Shown here in pieces: positions 10,259 to 20,321 of a DNA stretch of 64,000 nucleotides (position 1 is its first letter; every line of letters starts with the position of its first letter). The translations under genes and the position numbers were made by a program. The stretch comes from Nematocida ausubeli (taxonomy: Eukaryota). The notes beneath the pieces are model-generated. The model worked only from the letters and a program-made list of their open reading frames with translations. It was not told where the DNA came from and made no database searches. The stretch covers positions 394,882-458,881 of the forward strand of contig NW_026515638.1 in NCBI RefSeq assembly GCF_000738915.1, in the 5' to 3' direction.

Positions 10259-12430
10259 ATGCTGAAAGTCCACTCACAAGGAGATTTATACACAGCAACT
10301 GGAGATTCTGCTAGAATACTTAGGGAAATATTAAATGAAAGAGGAGAAGATACTATAACTCTAACTAAAGAGACATTCCATAAGACAATTCCTGTCATAA
10401 TACACCAGTACAAAGAAACTCTTCAAGAGTACGCTGTAGTGAACAATAAAGAAGTGAAGATTAGAGAGGGTTCTCCAGGGAACTGGTCTGATTATTCAGA
10501 GTACTTAATTGGAGAGACAGAAATTGCAAAGATAGGGAGTGTTTTGATAAACAGAGGGAGCAGTATAGAGGTAGAAATTGCTTGTGTGTCAACCATTGAC
10601 AAAGAAGCAAAAATATACAAATTCAGTGATAACGAACTATTTACAAGTCTAGCACACCTGATGCATGCACAGAATATTCAAGAGGTGATTTACACAGACA
10701 GTGCATTATCTAAGGTATTCACTGCCCTGGGCCTAGCACACTACAAGATCCAGAAGAAAGGAAATTCTCCAATTGACCTACTTGAAAGACACCTCACCAT
10801 TAACATGCAAGGATACATAGTAAAAGAATGCGTACTGGAGAATGTTCTTCAGATGGATGAAAAAGCAGCAGATTCCCTTCTCTCAGGAGACATAAGAATT
10901 GAAAGTGAAATTAACTGTGCAACACCGCAAGGAAAGAGACTCCTGCAGCTATTTATTCGGGCACCTTCCACATGCAAGGAAGAAATACTTAGGAGACAAG
11001 AAATAATTACAGAAATACTTGAAAAGAATTCGATGATAAGAAAAGACATACAGTCAGCACCTGATACATTTGCAACCTGCAAGAGTGCATCTACACTTTC
11101 AGTGCAAGCCACCATCAGAATATACAGGTTCCTGGGGGCTGCACTTAAAATATCCAAAGGCATAGGAAATATTAAGAGTCTCTCGCATGAGCAGAGTATC
11201 CTAAAGGACTCGCTGGATTATACAAGTGGACTAGTCTGTGAGATAGAAGATGTAATCGATTTAAGTGCGCATACCATAAAGGAAAACTGCACAGAAGAAC
11301 TGAGAGTTCTAAATAAACTGAAGAACCAGAAGGAACAGGAGATTTATGCAGCGTACACAGAAGAAATCGAGAGAAAATCCATTCCAAAGGCAAAATTAGA
11401 AAACAGTCCTGTCCATGGGTACTGCATTAAAATACCAAGAACAGAAGAGAATAAGCTGACAACAGAAACAAAACTGACAATCCAAAAGTCAGGTATACTT
11501 TTTACAACAGAAAAAATAAAAATGCTAAATCATAAGCTAGCAAGCACATTCTCCCAAATAAAAGCAGAACACGCAAAAATACTCAAAACACTCACTGAGT
11601 CATTTACAGTTTGCAAAGCATGGATTGAGGTACTGAATCATACGGTGGCACTTTTGGACGTATTTACAAGTCTGGCTGCATATGCAAGTAATAATAATCT
11701 GGTGTGTCCTATTTTCACAGAGAAATCATACCGTGTAGACCAAATGTATCACCCACTCCTGCCCACTCTCTACAGGAAAAGACTTCTACAAAACTGCAAC
11801 ATTCAGGAGCCAGTCAAAAATAGTTTAGAAATAAATGACACGCGGGTGTGCATAATAACAGGCCCTAATATGGGAGGAAAAACAACCTTCTTAAAGACAG
11901 TTGGAATAATTTCCATTCTTGCACAAATTGGGTCATATGTTCCAGCGGCATACGCAAATATTCCAATATTTAAGAAGCTGTTCATTCGGATAGGTGCTTC
12001 AGATAATCCAGCCAAAGGAATAAGCACATTCATGGCAGAAATGATGGATATATCTGCTATTCTTAATGAGGCAACAGAGGATTCTTTGGTTATAATTGAT
12101 GAGCTTGGCAGGGGAACAAGTGATGAAGACGGGTACGCAATTGCAGCATCTACTATTGAGTACATTGCCAGGATAAATGCAATGACATTATTTGCAACAC
12201 ATTTCCATGAGCTGGCACATATGCCAGGCGTAGTAAACAAAAGGGTTGGGTGCATTGAAAGCAAAGACCAGCTTATAATGACGTACAAAATAGAAGATGG
12301 CTATGCATGCAGTTCATATGGGATAAACACTGCAAGAAGAATGGGCTTCCCAGAAGAAGTTCTGCAAATTGCAGAGGCTGAACTGCAGAGACAAGAAAAA
12401 GATAAACATGACAGCTTGCACACTGAATGA
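10259..12430 (+). CDS. MSH2: DNA mismatch repair protein MutS homolog 2 (reduced, 723 aa)
   Basis: Walker A ITGPNMGGKTT, STFMAEM, IIDELGRGTS, FATHFHEL and SYGINTA. N-terminal GSPGN motif typical of MSH2. Confidence 0.9.
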   Translation: MLKVHSQGDLYTATGDSARILREILNERGEDTITLTKETFHKTIPVIIHQYKETLQEYAVVNNKEVKIREGSPGNWSDYSEYLIGETEIAKIGSVLINRGSSIEVEIACVSTIDKEAKIYKFSDNELFTSLAHLMHAQNIQEVIYTDSALSKVFTALGLAHYKIQKKGNSPIDLLERHLTINMQGYIVKECVLENVLQMDEKAADSLLSGDIRIESEINCATPQGKRLLQLFIRAPSTCKEEILRRQEIITEILEKNSMIRKDIQSAPDTFATCKSASTLSVQATIRIYRFLGAALKISKGIGNIKSLSHEQSILKDSLDYTSGLVCEIEDVIDLSAHTIKENCTEELRVLNKLKNQKEQEIYAAYTEEIERKSIPKAKLENSPVHGYCIKIPRTEENKLTTETKLTIQKSGILFTTEKIKMLNHKLASTFSQIKAEHAKILKTLTESFTVCKAWIEVLNHTVALLDVFTSLAAYASNNNLVCPIFTEKSYRVDQMYHPLLPTLYRKRLLQNCNIQEPVKNSLEINDTRVCIITGPNMGGKTTFLKTVGIISILAQIGSYVPAAYANIPIFKKLFIRIGASDNPAKGISTFMAEMMDISAILNEATEDSLVIIDELGRGTSDEDGYAIAASTIEYIARINAMTLFATHFHELAHMPGVVNKRVGCIESKDQLIMTYKIEDGYACSSYGINTARRMGFPEEVLQIAEAELQRQEKDKHDSLHTE

Positions 12431-12579
12431 ATTAACACATGATTCACACCATACAGAAGTACTATAAGAATTACTACGTATTCAAAAATGTATTCTCTGA
12501 AATCACAAATATAAAATATGCCCATTCTACAGTATTCAAATTAAAGAAGATTAAAGTGTCTATTGTATCTGACTAAAAA

Positions 12580-12896
12580 TGCTGTTATTATAAAATATTA
12601 CATTGTTATTATTCTTAGATCACATGAGTTCATATCCCAGTGGAAAATAATTTCACTCTCCAAAATATTCTTCGTATACTAGAAGACTACTCTAGCAAGT
12701 TATAAGCGAATATGACAAAAAAGAAGAATATGACAACAAAAATACAAAAAATAACAGTCACTAAAGATATTCAAGTACATGATAAAAAAAATACACCCTT
12801 GACAACTATCTACTATTAGAGTCTAAAATACTATCTATCTTAGACTAGTATATTCCGACTAAAATATTACTCATTTTTGTCATTTTTGACACACTA
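12580..12896 (+). repeat. Dispersed non-coding repeat, copy A (~320 bp)
   Basis: Aligns by eye along its length with the reverse complement of 18293-18618, e.g. TCTACTATTAGAGTCTAAAATACTATCTATCTTAGACTAGT and TTTTTGTCATTTTTGACACAC. Confidence 0.85.
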
Positions 12897-13210
12897 ACCG
12901 TTATAAATATTTTGTCTTAAGCTTAAATATACTACATACCAATATGTGTGTGTAGTATGTTGGTTATACAGTAATTATCAGCTATTTTATGCTACCTACT
13001 CCTATTCTTATAATGTTTTTGTGCCTTTATAAAGTGATTAGCACTACTATTAATAAAAGTATCTTTATTACAGTGTTATTTTTTGTAATTTCTATTCCTC
13101 CCTAGTAGTCTTTTCACCTAAATTTCAATTTACATAATTTTCACTCTATATATTTCGCATAGAAATAAACGGAAGTGCATTATAAGCCAAAATGATTTTT
13201 TAAATATTTT

Positions 13211-14332
13211 ATGGTAAATGCAACTGAAGTATCCGTACTGCATGGATTTGAGTTTCCAACATATTGCAACTATCTGGAGATAAGTGCCGACAGTAAGGCC
13301 CTGATGGCAACTGGAGGGTACAGTCCATCCACTGCCCTATTTGACTTACAGGAGCACACGCTAAAAGTAGAAAGACATGCAGACTATGAACTTATGAAAG
13401 GAGCTTTTCTGGGGGAAGATTGGTCTAAAATAGCACTTCTCTCGAATGCAGCAAAAGTGGAATTTCAGACTCAGTTTGGAAAACATGACGCAGTATCCCT
13501 GCCACAGCAATGCAGAGACATAAAGGCAGATAAAATAAATGCAGATGTAGTGCTAGTAGGGAAGTCTGGGGGAATTCACAGATTCAGCATGACAGCCGGG
13601 AAATTCCTTCCATCCCTTGAGACAGGACTGTCCAGTGGAGAGGAACTGGCCTTAAATACATCGCACACTTTGTGTGCAGTAGTCGGAAGCAGTGATTTTG
13701 GAAAGACGGGTCTCTGTGAGTTTATAGACACCAGAGATAGTAAGAAAGTAACTACTTTATCAATTGATTCTCCAGCCACTGCATGCACATTCTCTGAGGA
13801 TGGCATGATATTCGCAGTTGGCTCTGAGGCAGGAATAGTTTCAGTCTATGACATGCGAAGTGCAAACCCACTCATCCAGAAAGACCATAATTACGACTTC
13901 AGAATAAAGAAGATCCAGATAAAGAACAAAACAGTTCTGTCAATGGACCAGAAAGGAGTGAAAATCTGGACTGTAAATTCAGGAAAAACACTTGCCACTG
14001 CGCAGCCATCATTTGATGCTAACTCATTCACTACCTCAGATGGAATTGTATTTATAGGAGGCAACACAGAGCACATGAAGACGTATTACGTGCCTGCACT
14101 GGGTGCAATCCCAGGGTGGTGCAGTAATTTAGAAGGTGCAACTGAAGAGATGGATGAAATGCAGAAGATGACATATTATGACCAGTATAGATTTATAACA
14201 GAAGATGAACTTGTAAGGATTAAGTTGCAAAAGGAAGTTGGTAAGTCAATTAAGCCACACATGCATGGATATCTTATCCCACATGCCCTCTACAATAAGC
14301 ACACAGAAAACAACAAGAAGAAATTAGACTAG
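13211..14332 (+). CDS. ENP2: Ribosome biogenesis WD40 protein Enp2/NOL10 (truncated form, 373 aa)
   Basis: FEFP, MATGGY.P, LKVERH, KDHNY, YYVPALG..P.WCS.LE..TEEM, YD.YRF.T and HMHGY motifs. Confidence 0.9.
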   Translation: MVNATEVSVLHGFEFPTYCNYLEISADSKALMATGGYSPSTALFDLQEHTLKVERHADYELMKGAFLGEDWSKIALLSNAAKVEFQTQFGKHDAVSLPQQCRDIKADKINADVVLVGKSGGIHRFSMTAGKFLPSLETGLSSGEELALNTSHTLCAVVGSSDFGKTGLCEFIDTRDSKKVTTLSIDSPATACTFSEDGMIFAVGSEAGIVSVYDMRSANPLIQKDHNYDFRIKKIQIKNKTVLSMDQKGVKIWTVNSGKTLATAQPSFDANSFTTSDGIVFIGGNTEHMKTYYVPALGAIPGWCSNLEGATEEMDEMQKMTYYDQYRFITEDELVRIKLQKEVGKSIKPHMHGYLIPHALYNKHTENNKKKLD

Positions 14333-14442
14333 ACACAAATATATTATACTTGCACAAGAAATATCTGGTACTACAGTCCAGTCTCTGTCTCTGGCCAGTC
14401 TCTGTCTTGGATATGTATGAAATTCATTAAGAAAAATTTTCA

Positions 14443-14640
14443 ATGGAAATAGTCGAGAAGGAGAAAAGAAGAGAGGAGACAGAGAAAGAACTTAACCTTA
14501 GAGTGATTGAGCTGGGAAACTTAATGAAAGTATTCAGGGAAAAGGTAGACAGCCTTGAAAAAACAGTGAATTCACTGGAGACCAAGGTAGTAGATTATAT
14601 ACAGGACCTAACCAAGGCAAGAGGTGAAATTGATATTTAG
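14443..14640 (+). CDS. Small coiled-coil protein (65 aa)
   Basis: Coding-like composition, AAAAATTTTCA just before the ATG, amphipathic heptad pattern. Confidence 0.6.
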   Translation: MEIVEKEKRREETEKELNLRVIELGNLMKVFREKVDSLEKTVNSLETKVVDYIQDLTKARGEIDI

Positions 14641-14877
14641 TCTACTAAGCAACAGGACACCAATTGCAGATACAATAAATTATGATATATGAGTACATAG
14701 CAGAATATATGAATACTGTGATAATTAGTCTATCAGATATGTGAGACTTAATAAATAAGTCAGCTTATTATAGTCATGTCCCACTGTATACTGCATAAGA
14801 ATGCTTCTGTAAAGTGTCTGGATGGTTTATGGTGAGTATTCGGGTGCATATATTTGAGGATCTTTTAATTTTTTATT

Positions 14878-15855
14878 ATGTCGGGAGAGGATGGCAACCA
14901 CTCAATGAGTATTTACGATACGGTTGAGCATGATATGAGGCACTCCAAAGAGTATTTGGCGAATATGAAGTTTAACTACATAGAAGTACTGCATAAGTCA
15001 ATTTTCCTGAAAAGACTCAGGGGCCAGCAGGGCTCGGAGGTGCCAAATTGCAAAGACGAATTGGTAGCAACAAAAAAGCAAATAGAAGAATTTCGGAGAA
15101 GATTTGAAAAAATATCGCATGAAGTCAGTGCACTAAGGGAAGAAGCAGAAAAACAGGAAAGTATTTTGCGGTCTGCCAAGGAAAAGGAAACTCTTCTTGT
15201 CAAAAAAATAGAAGAAATTGCAAGCACAGAGAAAACACTCAAAGCATTCTCTGAGATAAAGGAGGACCATGAAGAAAGGGTAAGGGAAATTGCGCAGGTG
15301 CACAGCAGTATAGAAGACCTTGAGAAAAGAATAGACCAGCAGACACAGCTGCTCAGCACAAAGACCACAATGAAGGAGACACTGTCTGGGCAGAAGATAT
15401 CCCTTCAGGAGAGACTGAGTGACCTGCAGAAAACCTCAAATCAGCAGCTAGTATACCAGTATAACTGGTACAAGCAGTTTATGAGCGTATTGTATAAGCT
15501 CGTGGGCATACGCGTGATTGATGTCCGGCAGAGCATACACAAGCACCAGGAGACCATATACAACAGCACAGAAGACAGGGAGCAGAAAAAGAAAGAGAAC
15601 ACAAATGAGATAAGTGTTAAGCTTCTGTCAAAACAAAAAGACAGAACCGTTGTGATTACTTTAATATTTATTAATGGGAAACTAAACAGCTACATGTTCC
15701 ACAAGACTGAAGGTGCCCTGCAGATTGAGCCTGCCTGCTGCAACGAGTTATTTGAATATTGCAAGAAAGTGAACAGCACCAAGCACTTCATCTTTGAGGG
15801 AATGCACCAGCAGCTAGCAGACCCTGCCCCAAAGAGCACACACAGCAAGAAGTAG
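14878..15855 (+). CDS. Putative kinetochore protein, Sos7/Kre28 (Zwint-like) family
   Basis: SKEYLANMKFNYIEVLHKSIFLKRL resembles the Sos7 signature (K..F..LKF.Y.EQ.TKE.FL). It is followed by a long coiled coil and a C-terminal globular region. Confidence 0.55.
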   Translation: MSGEDGNHSMSIYDTVEHDMRHSKEYLANMKFNYIEVLHKSIFLKRLRGQQGSEVPNCKDELVATKKQIEEFRRRFEKISHEVSALREEAEKQESILRSAKEKETLLVKKIEEIASTEKTLKAFSEIKEDHEERVREIAQVHSSIEDLEKRIDQQTQLLSTKTTMKETLSGQKISLQERLSDLQKTSNQQLVYQYNWYKQFMSVLYKLVGIRVIDVRQSIHKHQETIYNSTEDREQKKKENTNEISVKLLSKQKDRTVVITLIFINGKLNSYMFHKTEGALQIEPACCNELFEYCKKVNSTKHFIFEGMHQQLADPAPKSTHSKK

Positions 15856-16391
15856 AGAATACGTGGTCTTCTATTTTAGGGCACTGAATATAGGCCAACC
15901 AAGTAAATGTAGTTTTATATAATGTGAATTAGATTTTGTTTCTAGTTGTCTAAGGTTTTGATTGTTTTGTTTCTAGTTATCTAAGATTATATCGTATGTT
16001 TTGTCGATTCACTGGAATCTATGCTAATTAGTATATACTCACGGTATGTAATATTGTCTGTTGTGTAGAAAAAATTTCTACTTTAAAGTCTACCATATCC
16101 TGGATATAGTACAAATAAATTGTACAGTTTTCTTTTTTGTAGACCAGAAATAAATTCATAAAGAGAACAGAGTAATATATACAGGCACATAGACATATAT
16201 AATAAATAGCATAGAGAAAGCACTTAATAAACAAGATGCAATTATATTCAGCCCATTAATGCATAAAATAAGTCTAAGAAATCGAATGAAAAAACACTAG
16301 TATATAATAGTACAAAATTAAAAGAAGCAAAGTGAGTCAACAATAAGAAATACATTCACCAAGTGACAAAAAGACAAAAAATCATAGTTAC

Positions 16392-16485
16392 CAGTCACCA
16401 TTCAACAAAGATATTCGAGTATATCACAAAAATAATACTCCCTTGACAACTACGCATATCTACTATCAGAGTCTAAAATAGTATC
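16392..16485 (+). repeat. Dispersed non-coding repeat, copy C (core)
   Basis: CAGTCAC...AAAGATATTCGAGTA...CCCTTGACAACTA...TATCTACTATCAGAGTCTAAAATAGTATC matches roughly 12755-12836. Confidence 0.8.
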
Positions 16486-16665
16486 CTCTGGATAAAACAA
16501 TATCTCATTTGTGCACATCAATAAGAATAATCTTCTTAAATACACGGCACTTTTGCATCTGAATCTGCTGCTTTAAATTAAAGAGTATGTGAGTTTCGCA
16601 CTGAATAAAAATGAGTGTGCACAGTAAGAGAAGAAGTGGTCTGGCAGGTTTATCTATGTATTTTA

Positions 16666-17490
16666 TTAATGCACAACTATATTTGGGGTTTCCTCCATAT
16701 GTGTATTTTCTATTTGCATGCCGCCAATCATAGGAGGCAGTCTTTCTCTTCTAAATTTTAAGTTGAACACAGGCATCTCAAAGTATTTAATGAGGAAGTA
16801 GTCTAGACCCCACCATATACCAGATGTAATATATAAAGCAAGCAGGACATCAATTGTATAGTGCAGTCTCCCAACAATAATGAAGGTTACAATTGTGCCA
16901 AAAACAATCCATGCACATAAAGCCGTTATAACGTGCACACTGAAGGAGTCACTTAGAAGATAGAATGAGCTCCAGCAATGAGCAAATGCACACACAAGCA
17001 AAGTATGACCACTGTATATTAAGTCGCCCCCTCTTTCTCGGGAGAGATCTGAAAATGTGTTGCTTATGGTTCGAAGACCCAAATCCCAAGAGTCTGGAAG
17101 GCCTGTGACCATTAGTGTTGTGCATCTGAGTAAATACGATATAATTATAGTGACCATAAGCTTAAGACCAATGAAAATTGCAAGCTTATTAATTACAATG
17201 CACACGCCAGTAACTGCCAAAAAGCATATCATAATTATGTCAACTACTTCGTTGTAGTTGGAATTTGTCTGAAATCCTTTGTTGAAAAAATCATTTCCGA
17301 CATCCTGCAGTGCATAATTATACGCTTTCATTGGCGACCAGAACGAGGAAACATTTGCTGCCACATTCACCAAAAACAAGGTTACTGCAAGGGCGAATAT
17401 AACTACCACTAGTGTAATTCCCTTCTGGGCAGTCAGCCCGTACCAAGATACGATCTGGCGGGGTATATCTCTAATAACATTGCGATCCAT
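16666..17490 (-). CDS. Sphingomyelin synthase-like / PAP2_C phosphotransferase (274 aa)
   Basis: GGDLIYSGHT and HYTIDVLLA catalytic motifs, LRC.T..VT.LP, about six TM helices. Confidence 0.85.
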   Translation of the reverse strand: MDRNVIRDIPRQIVSWYGLTAQKGITLVVVIFALAVTLFLVNVAANVSSFWSPMKAYNYALQDVGNDFFNKGFQTNSNYNEVVDIIMICFLAVTGVCIVINKLAIFIGLKLMVTIIISYLLRCTTLMVTGLPDSWDLGLRTISNTFSDLSRERGGDLIYSGHTLLVCAFAHCWSSFYLLSDSFSVHVITALCAWIVFGTIVTFIIVGRLHYTIDVLLALYITSGIWWGLDYFLIKYFEMPVFNLKFRRERLPPMIGGMQIENTHMEETPNIVVH

Positions 17491-18292
17491 AAAAATGCAA
17501 GAAAAGAAAATTTAAATATGCAAAATTTGATAATCGGCCTTGTTCTGAGACTCCTGGTGTCTATTTAATTCAGAGTGCATTATGAGTACACTCTTCAGAT
17601 TCTATCACATGCACCACTGAAATTTTCAGCTGGAATGACCCCCTGAATGAAATGGTATTTCCATGGAAAATCTGCATTATTTAAATGGCAGTTGCAAATT
17701 TTGCCAAAAACAAAAGGGGAACAGATTGAAGAATCAGTCACAATAGAAATATCATAATAGAATGGCTTTATATGCAAGAAGGCAGTCAACAATGTAATTT
17801 ACTATAATACTCTCTAAATATAAAAATAATCCATAAATTACTGCATATTTACACAAATTACAACAAATGAATAATATAGCCCTTCTATTGCACTGAGGGA
17901 AATAATTTGGAGACCCAGAATTCTTTACTATTTAACCACATTACAACATAAACCAGGCCATTCTGTTTATATACCCAAGAATATCTGCATAAATGAAATA
18001 GTCTGCGTCTATGGGCCTCTATTAATTAAAGCAGATGAAATTAATTAATTATCCATTATTATTGTCTTATAGTGCTCCATGAGAATAATGAATTAAATTG
18101 TAGTTTGAGTTCTTTCATGAATAAAGTGCACTAGTGCAAGAAATAATCAGTTTCACATAACATATAAGTGAAGTGCAATAATATAAATAGAAGAATATAT
18201 ACATTTGGGTTATATCCCGTATATAAATGGTCATGGGCATAAGTGTGCAAATTATTTAGAAGAGCTTAAAGTGCAAATTATAGTAGAAGAAA

Positions 18293-18618
18293 TTGGTGTG
18301 TCAAAAATGACAAAAATTAGTAATGTTTTAGTCAGAATATAACTAGTCTAAGATAGATAGTATTTTAGACTCTAATAGTAGATATTTGTTAAGGGTGTAT
18401 TGTTTTTATCACATAATTGAATGTATTTGAATATCTTTGGTGACTGTTATTTTTTTGTATTTTTGTTGTCGCATTCTTCTTTTTTGTAATATTCTCATAC
18501 CATTCACTAGAAGTAGTATACAAAGAATATTTTGGAGAATGAAATTATTTTCATCCGGATGTAGACTCTTGAAGATCTCAAAATAACAACAATGTTGTAA
18601 TATTTTATCACAATAGCA
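18293..18618 (-). repeat. Dispersed non-coding repeat, copy B (~325 bp)
   Basis: Reverse complement of copy A: GTGTGTCAAAAATGACAAAAAT...ACTAGTCTAAGATAGATAGTATTTTAGACTCTAATAGTAGATA...GTAATATTTTAT. Confidence 0.85.
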
Positions 18619-18843
18619 GTAGTAAGTGCTGCATGAAATGTATATATAAGTACAATTAGTATACTGCGATTCATATATTTATTCTTCATCTGCAGTCTAT
18701 ATTAATATTATGCCAGGAATATTAGTGTGCACAGGCGTATCCTGAATGAGATTAAGAAATATTTCACAAGAACTTAAGAAAGTGTCAGTTACATAATTAC
18801 AAAAGTATTTATTATATCAGTGCAAAGATGAGTGTGAATGTGC

Positions 18844-19812
18844 CTATTTGTCCTTGAGTGCATTAAATTGCATAATTGTGCAGCCTTGTGCACATGGATT
18901 ATAAACTGCAGAGTTTATGGCAGAATTGAAGACAGACCCTGCTTTCAGTCTTCTTCCTGTGATGGGGTTATTTCTGTATACGAATTCTTCAGAAATTTGT
19001 GCAGGTGCAGATGGGTCACGCACTATAACGCATCCCTTCACAATATAGTATATACAGTTAGACTGTATTTTCCTGCAAGTATATGGGCCTATATATGTGG
19101 TCTGCAGATTCATTCCATCTACTGAAAATTCCAGTACATTTGTGCTTGTTTTGTCCCATTCTTTATACAGTAATTTCCTGACTAAGGCCGTCTGCATGGT
19201 TTTTGTGCTTTTCCTTCTCTTTCTTAGGCTGGTTTCTGGGTTTATCTCACTATCCATGCTTATACTGGACATTTCAATGGGATCTGCACTTTCTGCAAAT
19301 GCGCCAGTTCTTCTGCTCTTTCCCCTTGTGGTTCTGACAGTTTTCAGAGTTGAAATTTCAGAAGACTGCGCCTTTATGGCTTCCGGTGATTCCTTTGTGT
19401 CTCGGGCACTATTAGGCAGATCTTCATCAGAATCAGAGAATCCAGTCAGCACCACATTCTGGAGACTATCTTGGAACTCGTCATCAAAACTTCTTCGAAT
19501 TATGTGTGAGCTGCTAATACTGCTTGCTTCTGGGTCTACTTTGGCCATGACAGTTGTTTCATTAGGGGTAGAAATATTCAAAGGAGAACAACTTGGCTCT
19601 AATAAGCTAATATCTTCGTACTGTTTTCTTTCCATTTCTTCTAGCTCTTTGTTCGCCATGTTCCAATACGCATCGATGTTCTCCATGGAGTCATCGTCCA
19701 TAATGACTTGCAAATGCGAATTTCGTCTTAATCCTGCCAATATTTCCTGGGAAAGGGCCAGTGCATGGCCAGTCTGCTTTATTTGTTGCTTCTCTCGTCT
19801 TGGCCGTGCCAT
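18844..19812 (-). CDS. Putative CENP-C/Mif2-like inner kinetochore protein
   Basis: Likely start MARPRR at 19812. DDDSMENIDAYW resembles the Mif2/CENP-C N-terminal motif. S/basic disordered middle and cupin-like C-terminus (YYIVKGCVIV...LKAGSVF...VYNP). Confidence 0.55.
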   Translation of the reverse strand: MARPRREKQQIKQTGHALALSQEILAGLRRNSHLQVIMDDDSMENIDAYWNMANKELEEMERKQYEDISLLEPSCSPLNISTPNETTVMAKVDPEASSISSSHIIRRSFDDEFQDSLQNVVLTGFSDSDEDLPNSARDTKESPEAIKAQSSEISTLKTVRTTRGKSRRTGAFAESADPIEMSSISMDSEINPETSLRKRRKSTKTMQTALVRKLLYKEWDKTSTNVLEFSVDGMNLQTTYIGPYTCRKIQSNCIYYIVKGCVIVRDPSAPAQISEEFVYRNNPITGRRLKAGSVFNSAINSAVYNPCAQGCTIMQFNALKDK

Positions 19813-19840
19813 GTATATATTTATGATTTTTTTATTGGGC

Positions 19841-20233
19841 ATGCAAATATTTGCTGAATCTTTCACTCTCTCTGCTGTGGATGTGGATGGAAAAGTATTC
19901 GATGAAGTATCCAGGGGTGTATTTACAAATGACGGTGTGACTTTATTAATGGACTATCACACAGGATTATTCTGCCATAAAAAGATGGACAGAGTAAATA
20001 TAGCAATTTTCACAGAAGAAGAAGATTTCACAGAGAAAGATATCCCAGAGAAATATGCATACTTAATGGGAAATGGAGTAGTCTACCAGACAAAGACAGA
20101 TGGAAACAGGCAGATAATAGACATATCATTTTCTGGTCTTTTAGTAAACATAAATGTAGAAACATCCAGGATAAAAGTTCCTCAGGCGCATAAGAGACTA
20201 TATATAGGGGTAGAAGGAGCAAAGAACACATGA
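19841..20233 (+). CDS. RPB8: RNA polymerase I/II/III shared subunit Rpb8
   Basis: MQIFAESF...VDVDGKVFDEVSR, YAYLMGNGVVY and ISFSGLL. True start taken as the ATG at 19841 inside the 378-aa track ORF. Confidence 0.85.
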   Translation: MQIFAESFTLSAVDVDGKVFDEVSRGVFTNDGVTLLMDYHTGLFCHKKMDRVNIAIFTEEEDFTEKDIPEKYAYLMGNGVVYQTKTDGNRQIIDISFSGLLVNINVETSRIKVPQAHKRLYIGVEGAKNT

Positions 20234-20321
20234 AATAGATATTTGTCTAAAATATCACAGCAGTAGATATACGCATAGATACAGAATAAACACTCTTTAT
20301 TATAAGATAAAAAGAAGAATA

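Noticed and set aside
19097..19866. Apparent long antisense overlap of the 378-aa and 340-aa ORFs
   Set aside because: Rpb8 similarity begins at ATG 19841 and the opposite gene plausibly starts at 19812. The extensions are shadow frames.
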